A DNA stretch of 63,766 bases, counting the filler, from Octopus bimaculoides (Eukaryota): NCBI RefSeq assembly GCF_001194135.2. It is 5 parts of 5 records of this genome, joined end to end, with 100 filler letters (N's around TTAATTAATTAA, not from the genome) between each part and the next. Parts side by side here need not be neighbours in the genome. Positions count along the whole stretch, not along the records: positions 14,498 to 45,989 come from NC_069005.1; 4 more parts are not named here. The stretch is one strand, 5' to 3'. Each line of letters starts with the position of its first letter. The stretch's first letter is position 1. A program made the translations under genes and the position numbers. The notes under the pieces were generated by a model. It was not told the origin of the DNA, did no database searches, and saw nothing but the letters and a program-made list of their open reading frames with translations. Positions 28,470-42,009 of this stretch are shown in pieces.

Positions 28470-29540
28470 TGGAAAATTTCATTTGTCATCCAATTTAAAA
28501 ACCACCAGCTGGCCATGGGATGCCTTTTAATGGAGGGTTCCCTGTGGCAAATATTCAGGCACCAGGCCTCCTAACTTCCTCCTATCGGCCTCTGATGTTT
28601 TGACAAGGCCTGCTTTTCTTGTGATTAATCCGCAGTTTATATATATATAAACATTATCAACCACATATAATTAACATATACTCTTTGTGTATTTGCTGGT
28701 AGGCTGTGAATTGGCATGGTGGAGAAAACTTTCTCAAAGTGCCAGGTGGTAAAACACTTGAAAGTCATAGACAGAAGTGATAATATATACAAAGTCCTTG
28801 TTTAGTATAAATATAGGATATTTTCAGAGAAGCACTCAACCCAACTTCTGGGCTATTAACACTCAGATTCCAGGCTAATACCGAAATTAAAGACAAAGAA
28901 ATGCTTAATACATCTTTGGATGTGTCAGATGTTCCAAGTGCACTTTGAACATCCTTTTTAGATTTACTAACAACCATAATGGGGAAATCTACATCTGATC
29001 AAATGATATGAACTTGTGTTTGACATAATTTCTCATAGAAATTCTCTTACATTTTCTCGGTTTATCAAAACCAATAATACTACTTAGTACAGTAGTACAC
29101 AAATGACTAGATTGGAAAATGATAATCTACATGCAGCTCTAAATTAAAAACAGCAGCAGTTGTCCATCTATTTATAATCACAAGTATACTATATGCAGTG
29201 GCAGCAGTAGCACTGCTCATATCTGAGTTCAATTCATCTGATGCCTTGATGATGCTTAAACCTGACTTGGCTCAGAAGTCCAAGTTGGGGATGGAAGTCT
29301 CGAGCATCGATCTCGTGGCAGAACTGGTGCTGGTTGTCTTGGCTGAAATTGCAAGTCTTTCTCCTCTCCTCAAAAGTAGACCTGTCGAAATGAATTTGAA
29401 TTGTTCTTTGCCAGGATATATGGTCAGCAGCGTCTGTTTCCCATTATTACAATAGAATAGTTTTGGTGAAGCATTGTGTGGTATTGCTTTAAAGAGATTC
29501 ATTGCATGAGGCCAGAACACTTCAAGAAGGTATAAAGTAA
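28470..29540 (-). mobile_element. Two decayed RTE-like 3' fragments (28470-28980 thumb region; 29150-29540 C-terminal tail)
   Basis: KKDVQSALG..LKISYIY, ADRRKL, and WETDAADHISWQR..TFEERRK..FCHEIDARDFHPQLGLLSQ (cf. RTE C-terminal zinc-finger tail). Confidence 0.5.
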
Positions 29541-31360
29541 ACTACAAAAGGAAAATGAAACTAAGTTGCAGTTTTACCTTGTATTTCTATGTATCTTCAT
29601 AACCTCAGAATACAGAGATACAAGATGTTTTTCTTTTCCTTTTGTAGTTTACTTTGTACTGTCTTGTATTTATTGTTCTGACTTTACACAACAAATCTTT
29701 AAAAAATATATATTAGCAACAGAGGTGATATTTATTTTATATAATATGTTTTTCCATACATCATCCTGTGATGCACCTGGACATGTCATGAGTGACATTT
29801 CCTGGGGTCAATAGGCGTTTTGAGTCTTTCAACTGGTACGTTTAGCCAGGTTTGATTAAGGCCCAGCTTGTGTCCAGTTATCACTGCCCCTCAAGTGCCA
29901 GCACCTCTTAATCCACACTCACTTTAACCCTTTAGTGTTTAAACCAGCCCAAACTGGCCACCTAACACTAAGCTACATTGACATTCTGGAAATAAACAAT
30001 CACATCATTGAAACCTCAAAGCTATAAGATAATGCATGATTAATGCAAAACAATTTGAATGAAGAAGCATTACATTTGACAGAGTAATCTGAACATTAAA
30101 GATTTAAGGCATCCACTGCTGCTTCTACAGCCAATTTGATGGCCTTCCCTGGTGGAGAGGTGGGAAGATCAAAATGACATGATCTGGTGGTCTTGGTGCT
30201 AGAGATGGCATTTTGATGCATTTTGCTCCAAAAGCCAATATGAGAGTTTCTCTTATAGTACCTACCACAAGTGGGGATAAGTATTACCTCTCGATATTTA
30301 TTTGCAACTATTTCGTGCAAAAGAAGCAGTAATAAATAGCTGTGTATCATATTTCATTTAAATACATTACAAAAAGCAAATTTACTGCAATGGTCATCTG
30401 GAGATTAATATCCCATATAGACATGCTGTGTTTAAAAACACTATATATATATATATAAATAGCAGATGAAAGTTATCCTGACGACGAGTGGTGATGATGC
30501 TAGATACACATTTCTGCCTCAGTTTGTCAGTAACATGTACTCAGTCTATTGCATACTAAGACAAAATTTGCCATTGATGTACAAAAACAGTGAATGAAGA
30601 ATCATTGATATGAGGAATGGCCTAACTGCTGATATTATCTCTGGATGAATACCACAGTAAATTTGTTCTTTGTGATGTATTTTCATTGAGTATGATACTC
30701 AGAAGGATATATTATACTTGCTTTCAACTGTAAAAACTGGTATGTGACTTATCCATAAGCAATTATGGTATGTGTGTGTGACTATACACATGTATATATC
30801 TTCAAGGATATGACAAAAGAGAATATACTGCCTTTTAATGACTCTGAGTGGGGGACACTGCTTACAACTTTTCTGCAGACTGCTCCTGACTTATGGAATG
30901 GTTAGGGAAGAATCCACAGCTCCCTTCTTTTTCTGTTTTTGTTGTTGTAGGAAGAAGTGCACCAACCAAGATGTTTGAACTATGATCCATTAAAAACTGA
31001 AAGCCTAACCATAGAATGGTGAGCTCAAAGACACTCAAGTCTCAGGTGGTGGCCAGCCAGTAGAAGAACCAAGTCCACCAGCTTTTCTATTCACTGTTTG
31101 TATAAAGTTAACGTGGTTGCTTCTATATTGCCATATGGTCTGCTAGAAATAGCAGCCAAATCTCCTGTGTTGAGAAATATGTATACATATAGGCGCAGGC
31201 ATGGCTGTGTGGTAAGAAGCTTGCTTCCCAGCCACATGGTTTTGGGTTCAGTCCCAGTGCATGGCACCTTGGGCAAGTGTCTTCTACTATAGCCTCAGGT
31301 TGACCAAAGTCTTGTGAGTGGATTTGGTTGACAGAAACTGAAAGAAGCCCATCATATATG

Positions 31361-33460
31361 CAGGGTGGGTGAAAAGTAAGTAGGCATTAAAAATTGGTAA
31401 TAAAATCCATATTCTTTTTACAAATTTATTAAAGCAAATGATACATGTTCCTTATTACATGGGAAAATGAAAGTAAATCTTCATATTTCAACTTAAGCAC
31501 CAGTGGTATCAATCAGTTTCCTCAAACGGCCAGGGATGGAACAAATAACCTGAAGGACGTTGTCTGAGATATCATTGAGAACCTCCTGCATCCATGTCTC
31601 CAAGTCCTCCAGAGTGTGAGGTTTTGTCTTGTACACTTCTTTTGTGTAACACCACAGGTAAAAATCACATGGAGTGAGATCTAGACTTCTGCAGTCACAG
31701 TCTTAAGGTTTTAGCTCCTGCCTGTAATGGGGTTTCCACAGACGAAAGTTCAGTTCTTTATGCAACACCGTACATATTGTGTGTCTTGTTAGTCCACTTT
31801 CATAAGTGGCTTCACATGTTGGTTTTTGTGGGCTACGATTAAACATTTCCTGTACTGTTGCCACATTCTCCGCTGATCAGGATGTGGTTACAGAGCCCAT
31901 GGTCATCAGCTTTGCATGACAACTTTTTATTGTCTCTGGACATAGTGCTGCATACTTACCTTTCCATGTATGCCACCATCTCTGAACCAAAACAATGGAA
32001 TTCCACACTTCATAGCATGCTGCTATCTTACCTTGCTCCTGAACAGTCAAGCAACCAGCCATCTGGAAAATAAGAAATTCCCATTAGTGTTGTCAGATCT
32101 GTTCAGTTTAGCTCACAGATTTTTTTAACTAAATAGTTTGAAACTGTATACTGGTGTAATTTCTCATGCAGAACACAGTTTACTTTGAACATTTTTGACA
32201 AAATTTCGTATTTTAGAAGTTATTTTGTGTTAAATTTGTTGTATTTGGGTAATTTTAACCAATCAACAATGTGTATTCAGTTGAAGAAAGCTACTGCTGT
32301 TTGTGATAGTAATCGAAGAGGAACAACTTCTGGGTCACCACTCTTTTCTATTTTATTTTTTGTTTACTGCCTGTGTTACATATTACACGCTTTTTTTTCT
32401 TTTTGATTCTCACATCAGAGTAACCAGTAAACATCGAAGAATCAACACCAAGAAGGAAGAAATATTATTTACATGTATTTTTTTGTTAGCCCGACATCGG
32501 TATTGAAGCCTCAGGGCTGAATTTTGGGGGGAATTTTGGTTTTATCCACACATAGAGTGCACCAGTGTTTAAAAGACCTATAGAGCCAGCTTTTTTGTTG
32601 TTGATGTGTATGTAGTTTCAAAATGCCTTATTTTACAACTATGAGACGTATTGTTATGATTTTATCTTACTATAATCAACGACAAACACTTTCAAACACT
32701 TTAATAAGTCTTTATTAGATTAAAAATAACATCATCAAAACACGAAGGTGAAACAAAATAAATATGCTTTGTTTTCTTCCAGGCACCAATGTACTGTAGC
32801 CATAGTCTTTCACATTGTTCACCAACCAACCTTTCCTCTGAAAGAATCAGTCGATCTCCATACACAAATTATTTTCCTCCTGAAACTTATAAAAAAGTAC
32901 ACATATTAGGCATGCCTTTCTATAAGCTGCACACTAAATTTTCCAGGTAAAAAATGGTAGCTTATACACCAGAAGATACAGTAATTGTACTGACAGTGAC
33001 AAGTTCGCTCGCTGGTTGGTAGTTGATAGTGTAGAAGTGGCTGACTGCCTGTAGAGAGGGAAAGAGTAAGGAATGCACGAGAACAGAGTGGTGGCATTTA
33101 GTAGAGATGACCCGGAAGTTGTTCCTCCTTGATTACTATCGCAAACAGCAGTAGCTGTCTTCAACCGAATACACGTCGTTGATTGGTTAAAATTACCCAA
33201 ATATGATAACTTTAACACAAAATAACTTCTTAAATATGAAATTTTATCAAAAATGTTCAAAGTAAACCATGTTCTGCATGAGAAATATTACACCAGTATA
33301 CAAAGTTTCAAACTGTTTAGTTTTAAAAAATTAGTTAAATCTGTGAGCCAAACTGAACAGCTCCGTGTTGTCTGTTTAAAAAATGTTTTCATCATGACTT
33401 CAGTGATACTAAAAATTCTATAAGCAATTTCTAATGCTTAGTTACTTACCACACACCCTG
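31361..33460 (-). mobile_element. Tc1/mariner element (rosa/DD41D- or maT-like transposase), decayed and interrupted by a nested insertion
   Basis: Imperfect TIRs cagggtgggtgaaaagtaag / acttaccacacaccctg; minus-strand SLDLTPCDFYLWCYTKEVYKTKPHTLEDLETW; N-terminus MAGCLTVQEQGKIAACYEVWNSIV at 32062. Confidence 0.8.
32095..33364. mobile_element. Non-autonomous DNA transposon with ~245-bp TIRs and 8-bp TSD (Mutator- or Merlin-like)
   Basis: TIRs 32095-32337 and 33108-33364; exact TSD GTGTTGTC at 32087-32094 and 33365-33372. Confidence 0.8.
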
Positions 33461-35439
33461 TATAGCTGTGAATCTTTGTCTGTGTTTGTCCCCCCCCACT
33501 ACCACTTGACAATTGGTATTGGTGTGTTATGACCCTGTAACTTAGCAGTTCAGCAAAAAAGACCAATAAAATAAGTACTGGGGTCAGTTCTTTTCGCTAA
33601 AAATTCAAGGTGGTGCCCCAGTATGGCCACAGTCTAATGAATGAAACAAGTAATAGATGAAAGATAACCAAATTAGAGGCTGATGCTTTCAGCAGCAAGA
33701 GTTTGTGAAGTTATAATATTGATTAATATTTATTTTAAATTTTGGCACAAGGCCAGCAATTTCGAGGCAGGACAATTATATCAACCCTAGTGCTCAACTG
33801 GAACTTATTTTATCAACCTTGGCAGAATTTGAACTCTGGAAATTAGCAATGTTAAACCTTTTTAACTGCAAAATTAAATTTATTGGCTATTCTAGTAATT
33901 ATGTTTAAAATATCCATCAAATAATAGAATTGGTATTTTTTTTAGCTTCAATACACTTCACACATCTCAATAATGACATTGCTTATCAAAAGATAAGATT
34001 GGTATGTAAAACTACTTTCCACAGTTAAGGGTATAATTTTGAGTGGATATATCTGATTTTCACAGTAAAAGGATTAAGGGTCAGCTTTCTGCAGTTTTTC
34101 TTTGAATTATAATGTTGATGCAAATTCTAAATATCTGTTTGGTGCAAGGAAGAATATAAGAGTTACCAAAAATATAAATCTGGAGGGGACAGTGACAAAG
34201 TGTTTATCCATAAAAGGATTTGAAGTAACAATGTCTGTGGTATAGCTATTCAAGATGTTGCTACCAAGTTAGTTATGGATTATAAGTATCAAGAAGATAG
34301 TGATGGGTAGTTAAAATGGATAAGGAAATCTCTGTGGAATGAGTAATGATAATACCTATGGTGAAGCAAGCAACACAACCAATTGAGGAAATCAGATCAT
34401 TCAAGAAGAGGGTAAATGAGAAGAGTGTTTAATTTCTCCAAATTCATAATAGGGATGAAACTGGGTTGTATTGGTGGTGGTTACTTTGGAAAGCTCAAGC
34501 TTTAAAGAATCAAACCTATATCCCGCTTGTAAATTAAGGAATATGTCAGAGATATGTTGTGCAAATACAGATGGATAGTGGGAAGATGGGCACATGTTTG
34601 AGTCTCATAAGAGAATGTCCCAGCTACAAAGAGATTGTGGTCCTAAATGTGTATCTTTAATGACTGATTCTTCCCACAATTCATCTTACTATGCATAAAT
34701 ACAAAGACATCCTCAAACTTAAGCTGATCAGACTAGAGGTACCACTTTTTTTTTTTTTGTTGACAATACACCTCCTTGCCTAGAAATGATGGTAAAATAA
34801 GATGCAGGTTCCTACTCACCAGTGTTACCTCCATTATTTATCTGATGGATCAAGATATAATGTAGCTAGTGAAGAGATCTAGATGGGTTGTGTAGTTAAG
34901 AAAGCTCTCTTTGCAACCACCTGGGCAAGTATCTTCTATTATAACCCCAGGCTGACCAGTACTGGAAACTTCATTCCTTTATGCACATAGAATACTTCTT
35001 GCAAACTGCTACCAAAATCAGTTATAATGGTTAAACTAATTCGCATATTGTGTGTCTCTCAATGGTGTGCTTAAATTATTGATGAACGCATGTATATAAC
35101 ACAGGAAAGTAGAAATATAAAATAAATTGATGGAAGATAAAAAAAAAAAACATAAAATGTGCATTTGTTGGTGGTATAATTAAGTAAATAATAAACATCT
35201 ATACACAACAGTGTATTAGAAACGTAAAATAAATTTACTTGCAAAATAGATAAGAGGTTAATAGCAAGAATGGCATCCAACTGTAAAAACAATAGTTCCA
35301 ATAACAATCCTCCGAAGTTATGCTAGCATGGGCCAAACAGCTGTAAAACAAATGACTGTATAGTCATTCATACTATATATATATATATATATATACATAT
35401 ATATGGCCACAGCCTCAGGGCTAAAACATATAAAAGAAT

Positions 35440-36560
35440 ATATATGAATGATTTCCTTGATGTAGTGCTGGATTCAAGCTGGTCGCAAGTAGTCACCTTC
35501 CTCACAAGATAACAACACTTTGTACCTGCTCTTTACCACTACTCCTGGTTATGAGTGTCACTACCAAGGAACATTGAGGCAACTCTAATCGAGCTATAAT
35601 CATTGCCAATCTGTCTCTTATGGGCAGAAACAAGAACCATCACCACCTCCAAACTGCCTGCTTTGACTGGAACTATTACTGTGTTGAGTTACAATGCCCA
35701 AACTGGTTTGAATTTTATGGTTCCAGACACATCAATGCTGTATTTCAAGACATCCTCAATTCAATCTGGGCCACATGTGAAGCATCAGTATCATGCAAAT
35801 GCTTTAAAAATGATTAAAGTGCAATTTGGGGGACAGCAGTAGTTCGGCTTTCCTGGAAAGAGTGTTGTGATGCTGTACAGGAAAATAGACAACATAGAAC
35901 AGGATTATAGAAGAAGGTTGAGAGTGTCTTAGCATCACTCATTAAGACCTTTATCAGGTGCTCTCCAGCTATCTAAAGCTGTATATGACAATGGTACCTC
36001 CACACTTAGAGTTTGCATCACCAGTCTGGAACCCCTGTCTTGTTTGGCATATCAATCTCCTGGAAACTGTTCAGAAATATGCAACCAAACAAATACCGAC
36101 CATCAGGCATTTACCAAACTCTGAATGTCTTGCTTCCCTGGACATGAACACATTAAAGTTCTGCCATCTGGCAACTGACTTTGTAGGCATCCACAAGATT
36201 ATCCACCATCTTTCAACAGCAACCTTGGGCACTTTTTTAAGTTCCATATGTCTAACACTCGTGGATATGTTTACAAAACCAAAAAAGCAATGCATCACCC
36301 ATGACCTTCATAATCATTTTTTTCACACTCAGAACTGCTGAAGCATGGAATAAACTACCTGCATCAGCTGTTGGCTGTCAAGACACTACATCCTTCAAAA
36401 CTCGCAGGTTTCATGAAGTTCACCAACACTACACCTGATGCCCACCACCCCTGTTCTTTTTCTTTTATGACTTTTTCGGCATTCACTTCCTGCGCATATT
36501 CTATGCACTGTTCATGCAGATTTTGTTGCTTTTCTGATGATAAGTTGTAATGCACCTGAG
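35440..36560 (+). mobile_element. CR1-like LINE 3' fragment, decayed
   Basis: LYMTMVPPHLEFASPVWNPCLVWHINLLETVQKYATKQIP matches the CR1 RT C-terminal LYKSLVRPHLEYASPVW pattern. Confidence 0.85.
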
Positions 36561-36624
36561 CACTGTGTATAGTAAGTTCATTGTTTTATATATGTGCATA
36601 AAATCCTTCATAGTATGTGCATAA

Positions 36625-36676
<52 letters not shown>

Positions 36677-37459
36677 ATATTTATATGTATATGTATATAT
36701 GTATATATATATATATGTATGTATATACATATATGTGTATGTATATATCATCATCATCGCTTAACGTCCGCTTTCCATGCTAGCATGGGTTGGACGATTT
36801 GACTGAGGACTGGTGAACCAGATGGCTGCACCAGGCTCCAATCTGATCTGGCAGAGTTTCTCCAGTTGGATGCCCTTCCTAACGCCAACCACTCCGAAAG
36901 TGTAGTGGGTGCTTTTACCTGCCACCGGCACAAGGGCCAGTCATGCGATACTGGCAACAGCTACGTTCAAAATGGTGATTTTTATGTGCCACCTGCACAG
37001 GAGCCAGTCCAGCGGCACTGGCAATGACTTCGCTCGACTGATTTTCTAACATGCCACCGGCACAAGTGCCAGTAACACTCTTTTGGTGCTATTTACATGC
37101 CACTAGCACGGAAGCCAGACAGCTGCTCTGGCAATGATCACGCTCGGACAGTGCTGTTAGTGCTCCACTGGCACAGGTGCCAGTCATCAAATATGGTTCA
37201 ATTACAATTTCGATTTCACTTGCCCCAACAGGTCTTTGCAAGCAGAGTTTAGTGTCCAATGAAGGAGAGGTTGGCATGGGTGCCAGTCGTCAAATTTGGT
37301 TCGATTTCGATTTAAAATTCGAAATGTGCTTAGTGCCTCATTATGTTTATTTAGCAGTGTTGGAGAGTGGCTGTGTGGTAAGTAGCTTGCTTACCAACCA
37401 CATGGTTCTGGGTTCAATCCCACTGCGTGGCACCTTGGGCAAATGTCTTCTACTATATC

Positions 37460-37790
37460 TGCAGATCTTTCAGGATGAGGCTTGTCTTCTAGGCTGTAGT
37501 TTCCAGCTCGGAATTTCTGGAACCACCATTGACACTGGCTTACACTTATTGTCTGATCCCCATATACTGTATTAATATTCCTCACACCTTCCATTGCATT
37601 GTTGCCTTCATTGAACTCATAAAGCAAAATATGCCGAATATGCTCCTTTGTCACTTCCATTATAGCTTTGAAAAAATAGCTGTTAAAATTGAACTGCACT
37701 CTTCAAAACTTGCACTAAGAATAAGGACAATATAAAAATATTACCTGCTTTTATAGCAAGTTTTGCAGGTAGTTTATCTTCTCCCCCTTC
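37460..37790 (-). mobile_element. Mariner (Mos1/Hsmar-type) 5' fragment abutting a CORE-SINE head (37350-37459)
   Basis: MEVTKEHIRHILLYEFNEGNNAMEGVRNINTVYGDQTISVSQCQWWFQKFRAGNYSLEDKPH matches the mariner N-terminal HTH pattern. Confidence 0.85.
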
Positions 37791-39384
37791 GACTTTTAGT
37801 TCATGCAATTGAAAACACTGCATTATTTACGGCATGACCCAATATATATATATATACATATGCACATGTATATATATATATATATATATATATAAATATA
37901 CACACACATATACGTATGTGTGTATGTGTATATATATAAATATATGTATATACATACACACACATATATATGGTAAGCCAGGAGAAATTGGGCAATCAAA
38001 CCACAGAAAACACTCAACAATTAGCAGCCATCTGCAGTTGCATAAAGAAGAATTTCAAACAAACAGGAAATCTGCCATAGTTACATCCAACTTAAAGTAT
38101 AAATAAAATAAGTGAATAATGGAGTTTATGATATAATTTTCATTCCATGGTTTAGAATTGTTTCAACAAATTGTGCTGACTAACCACACATTCTTGTCTA
38201 CAGACTTGGAATAGCACTAGCAGTTGTTTCATGAGAACCCATTGAAAAATTAATATTCTTTTATCAGTCAGTTCTATGAAATAACTGCTGGTGCTGTTTT
38301 ATAAAGATATATTACATAATATGCTTGACTATATCATTGTCCGTAGACAGGAATTGTGTGATTGGTCAGCTTAATTTGTTGAAACAATTATAAACCATGG
38401 AATAAAAATTATACCATAAATTCTTCTCTTCACTTATTTTATGAGTGTATATAAATACGTTTGTGTTTGGTCATCCAAATTAAACTTTTACATGTCTGGC
38501 CACATCACAAACTTCAATTCTTCCTTCACTGTATTGGAAATATCTTTGCATCTCACAACAGTTGAAGCATGGAATAACCTACCTGTATACTTCATGGAAT
38601 AACCTACCTGTCTACTTCAAAAAGTTCATGCTTCCTGAAACTCACCAAAACTACTTCCTGTGTATCCTTGTCCCCTTTCCTCTTTATATGGCTCTTTTAC
38701 TGTTCACTTTTCTGCCTTTTGTTTTATCTTGAGTACTACGAATGTACTTTTGAATCTCATTGCTGTCTTTCTTTATTTACTGTTTGTTTTCTGTCCCTTC
38801 TTTAAGCTGATTCTGATGATTTGTAGCTCATTTGAGGAGTGTTTGCAATAAGCTCTTCATCATTATCATAATTTTTATGGTGAGCTGGCAGACTCATTTG
38901 CATCTCAGGCAAAAATGCTTAGCAGCATTTCTTCTCTTTACACTTTCAGTTTAAATTCCTCTGAGGTCGACTCTGCCCTTCCTTTCAGGGTCAATAAAAT
39001 AGGTACCAATCAACTACTGAGGTTGAAGTTATCAATTTCTCCCTTCCCTCAAAAACTACTGACCCTGTGCCAAAATTTGAAACAATCATTGTTGTTATAT
39101 GGTGAGCTGGCAGACTTGGTTAGCATCTCAGGCAAAATGCTTAGCAGCATTTCTTCCGACTCTTTTATGATCTCAGTTCAAGGTTGACTTTGCCTTTCAT
39201 CCTCTAGGAATTTATTAAATAAGTACTAATTAAGCACTAGGGACAACATAATCAAGTATCACTATTATTATCATAATTAAGCTGAAGACGGTGAGCTGAT
39301 AAGAATCTTCAGCATTCAAGGCAAAATGGTTGGCAGCATTTTGTTTATACTTATGTTCTGAGATCAAATTCGAATTAACTTGTT

Positions 39385-39720
39385 TCAAGCATTAGATTGC
39401 AGCCATGTAGAATTTTTTAGTTTAATGAATTGACCCCAGTACTTATTTTTTATTGAGCCTGGTACTTATTCTATTGGCCTTTTTGGCGAACTGCTAAGTT
39501 ACGAAGACATAAACACACCAACTCCAGTTGTCAAGTAGTGGTGAGGGACAAACACAAACATACGAGCCTCTTTCAGTTTACGTTTACCAAATCCACTCAC
39601 AAGGCTTTGGACAACCTGAGGCTAAAGTAGAAGACACTTGCCCAAGGTACCACACAGTTGGACTGAACCCAGATCCATGTGGTTGGGAAGAAAGCTTCTT
39701 ACCACAGTCATGCCTGCACC
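39385..39720 (-). mobile_element. Near full-length CORE-type SINE. Other copies or parts: 3360-3590, 3820-3960, 8390-8530, 20820-21190, 42685-42850, 58595-58745 (all minus)
   Basis: Recurrent ggctgtgtggtaagaagc...ggttcagtcc...ccttgggcaagtgtcttctact head and gtttgtcc..accac..ttgacaac tail. Confidence 0.85.
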
Positions 39721-42009
39721 TATGTAAGTACCAGTTAAGCCCTGGAGCTGATGTAATTGACTTACCACCTCCCTTGAAATTGCTGGCCTTGTGCCAAAAT
39801 TTGAAACTATTATAATAATCAAACCAGGAAAGTTCTCAGGTGGTTTGATAACAGGATTCAAATAATGCTAAGTGCTTTTTGCTTCAGTTTTTTTCCCTTC
39901 TTTATATCCAAACATTTACAGAAGATTTTAAGAATGTTAGTTGCTTTTAATTCTTCTTCGTTTTTTCTTAAACATCCAAGAAATACTTAAAATAATACAA
40001 CCAGTTTTTTTTCTTTTAGTTTAAACAGCCTGAAAATGGTACAGACATTTATACATACTATAGTTCTATGATTAGGCACTGCTTAGATACGGAGGAAGAA
40101 TGGCCCACACTCCAAACCATTACAGAAGTTTCATGATATGGTTTCAAAGAGACAGGGGAAAGTTGTTTACGTAGAGTAAGAAAGTGCATGAGATGTATCT
40201 GAACTCTGAGGTACATCAAGTTCGAGTTGATGCAGGTTGAAACAGAACTTGTCACTTCATCATTTCTGTGGTGGAGCTTTATGTAGAGATGTGGCTATTC
40301 TAATCTAATACAGGATTTTTATTCAGCCAAGAAATATTTAAAAATAAATCTAGATAATGATTTCCTATTTTGTTTTCTCACTAAATTTGTTTAAAGAAAA
40401 ACAACCATGAAATATTTAGTTAATGCATCTGGGTTTTAAAATATTGGTTTCTAATTTTGTCACAAGGCCAGTAATTTTGGGGGAGTGGCTAAGTCGATTA
40501 CATCACCCCCAGTATTCAACTGGTACTTATTTCATCAACTCTGAAAGGACGAGAGAGGCAAAGCTGACCTTGGCAGAATTTGAACTTAGAACATAAAAAC
40601 TGACGAAGCGCTGCTATGCATTTTGCCCAGCATGCCACCTTATAGAGGTTTTGAAATACTAAAAATTAATACTAGATGCCTGTTTTTTTGGGGGGTGGGG
40701 GAATCCTATTCTTCTTAGATTTAGTCACAAGTATTCAAATTAGAAAAAAAATTTTTTTTTCTACTTTGGTTAAACATAACTGTTCTTAAACATCCACTTT
40801 TCATGCTTACATGAGTTTCATGGAATTTGCTGAGGTGGATTTTCTATGGTTGGATGTCCTTCCGGTCACACAAGTAGGCTGATACTTCTCAATAACCAGG
40901 TGTGATTTCATGGAAGATTGGAAATGAAGGATGCTGCTTGCATGATGATGATGCTTATTTATAATTACCATGCAATGTCAAGACAAGACAGTAGAACACA
41001 CACAGACATAGGCTTGGGAATAGGGGGTACAACTGCAACCGTTCAGATTTGCATGTTGGGGCAATGAAAACGTTTTTAACATCCTTCTGAGAAACTTCAT
41101 CACGAACGAGGATAAAAACACTTTTTGACTGAATTTAAACATTATTTTTCCATTTTTGAGTTTATCTGATTTGATTGAGGTACAATAATAATAATAAATC
41201 AATATTAAACAAGGCAGTGAGCTGGATGAAATGCTTAGCGGTATTTCGCCTGTCAGTACTTTCTGAGTTCAAATTCTGCCGAGGTTGACTTTGCCTTTCA
41301 TCCTTTCGGGAATGATAAATTAAGTACCAGTTGCATACTGGGTTGATCTAATCGACTGCCCGCCTAATTTAAAGCCTTGTGCCTAGAGTAGAAAGGATTA
41401 TTTTTAAACATTTGGTAATTTCAGGCAGATTTCTACTGCTGCACTTCCATATTGCTGGGGTGTGTGCAGCATTGTGTTCTTTTCTTGTTGTTGAGGGAGA
41501 GCAAGCTCATCCGAGCATTGTATTGCATCAGTTTGTTTAGTTATGGGGTCTGGTTGCAGTCTTTTGTTGTATTAGTGTTTGTATTGAGTGTGTAATGCAA
41601 GTTGTGTTCTTCTGTTGGGTCTCCAGCTTGTTGGTGGTTGTTTATTTTACTGGAAGACTCACCAAGCCAAGTGAAATCATAGTCGTGGTTGATGCTGGTG
41701 TCATGTAACTGGCACATAAAAAGCACCTTTCAAGTTATGACCGAGACCTTTGGCATTATGTCGTGCTTGAGAAGAAGACCCATCAAGCCAAGTAAAATCA
41801 CAGTCATGGAAGATACCGGTGTCACACAAATGGCACCCGAAATGGTGGCATGTAAAAGCACCCATTACACTCTCAGAGTGGGTGGCGTAAGGAAGGGCAT
41901 CCAGCCATAGAAACCATGCCAAATCAGACTGGAATCTGGTGCACCCTTCCAGCTCGCCAGCCCTGATCAAACTGTCCAACCCATGCCAGTAAGGACAATG
42001 GACATTAAA

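Larger units (their letters stand above)
31192..33665 (+). mobile_element. tRNA-derived CORE-type SINE split by the mariner (head 31192-31360, tail 33461-33665)
   Basis: Head contains ggcaccttgggcaagtgtcttc (CORE-like). Head and tail are contiguous in the intact minus copy at 39385-39720. Confidence 0.8.

Noticed and set aside
28467-28603. Plus-strand PPAGHGMPFNGGFPV... frame behind a TTTAAAAA slippery-looking site
   Set aside because: It needs a +1 rather than -1 shift, and the opposite strand resembles RTE (ADRRKL).
29272-29540. 89-codon minus-strand terminal-exon-like frame with apparent read-through past TGA
   Set aside because: An alternate frame matches the RTE C-terminal tail; better explained as a decayed LINE than as selenocysteine or read-through.
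40058-40291. 78-codon minus-strand ORF
   Set aside because: Resembles the RTE thumb region; poor acceptor and no donor.
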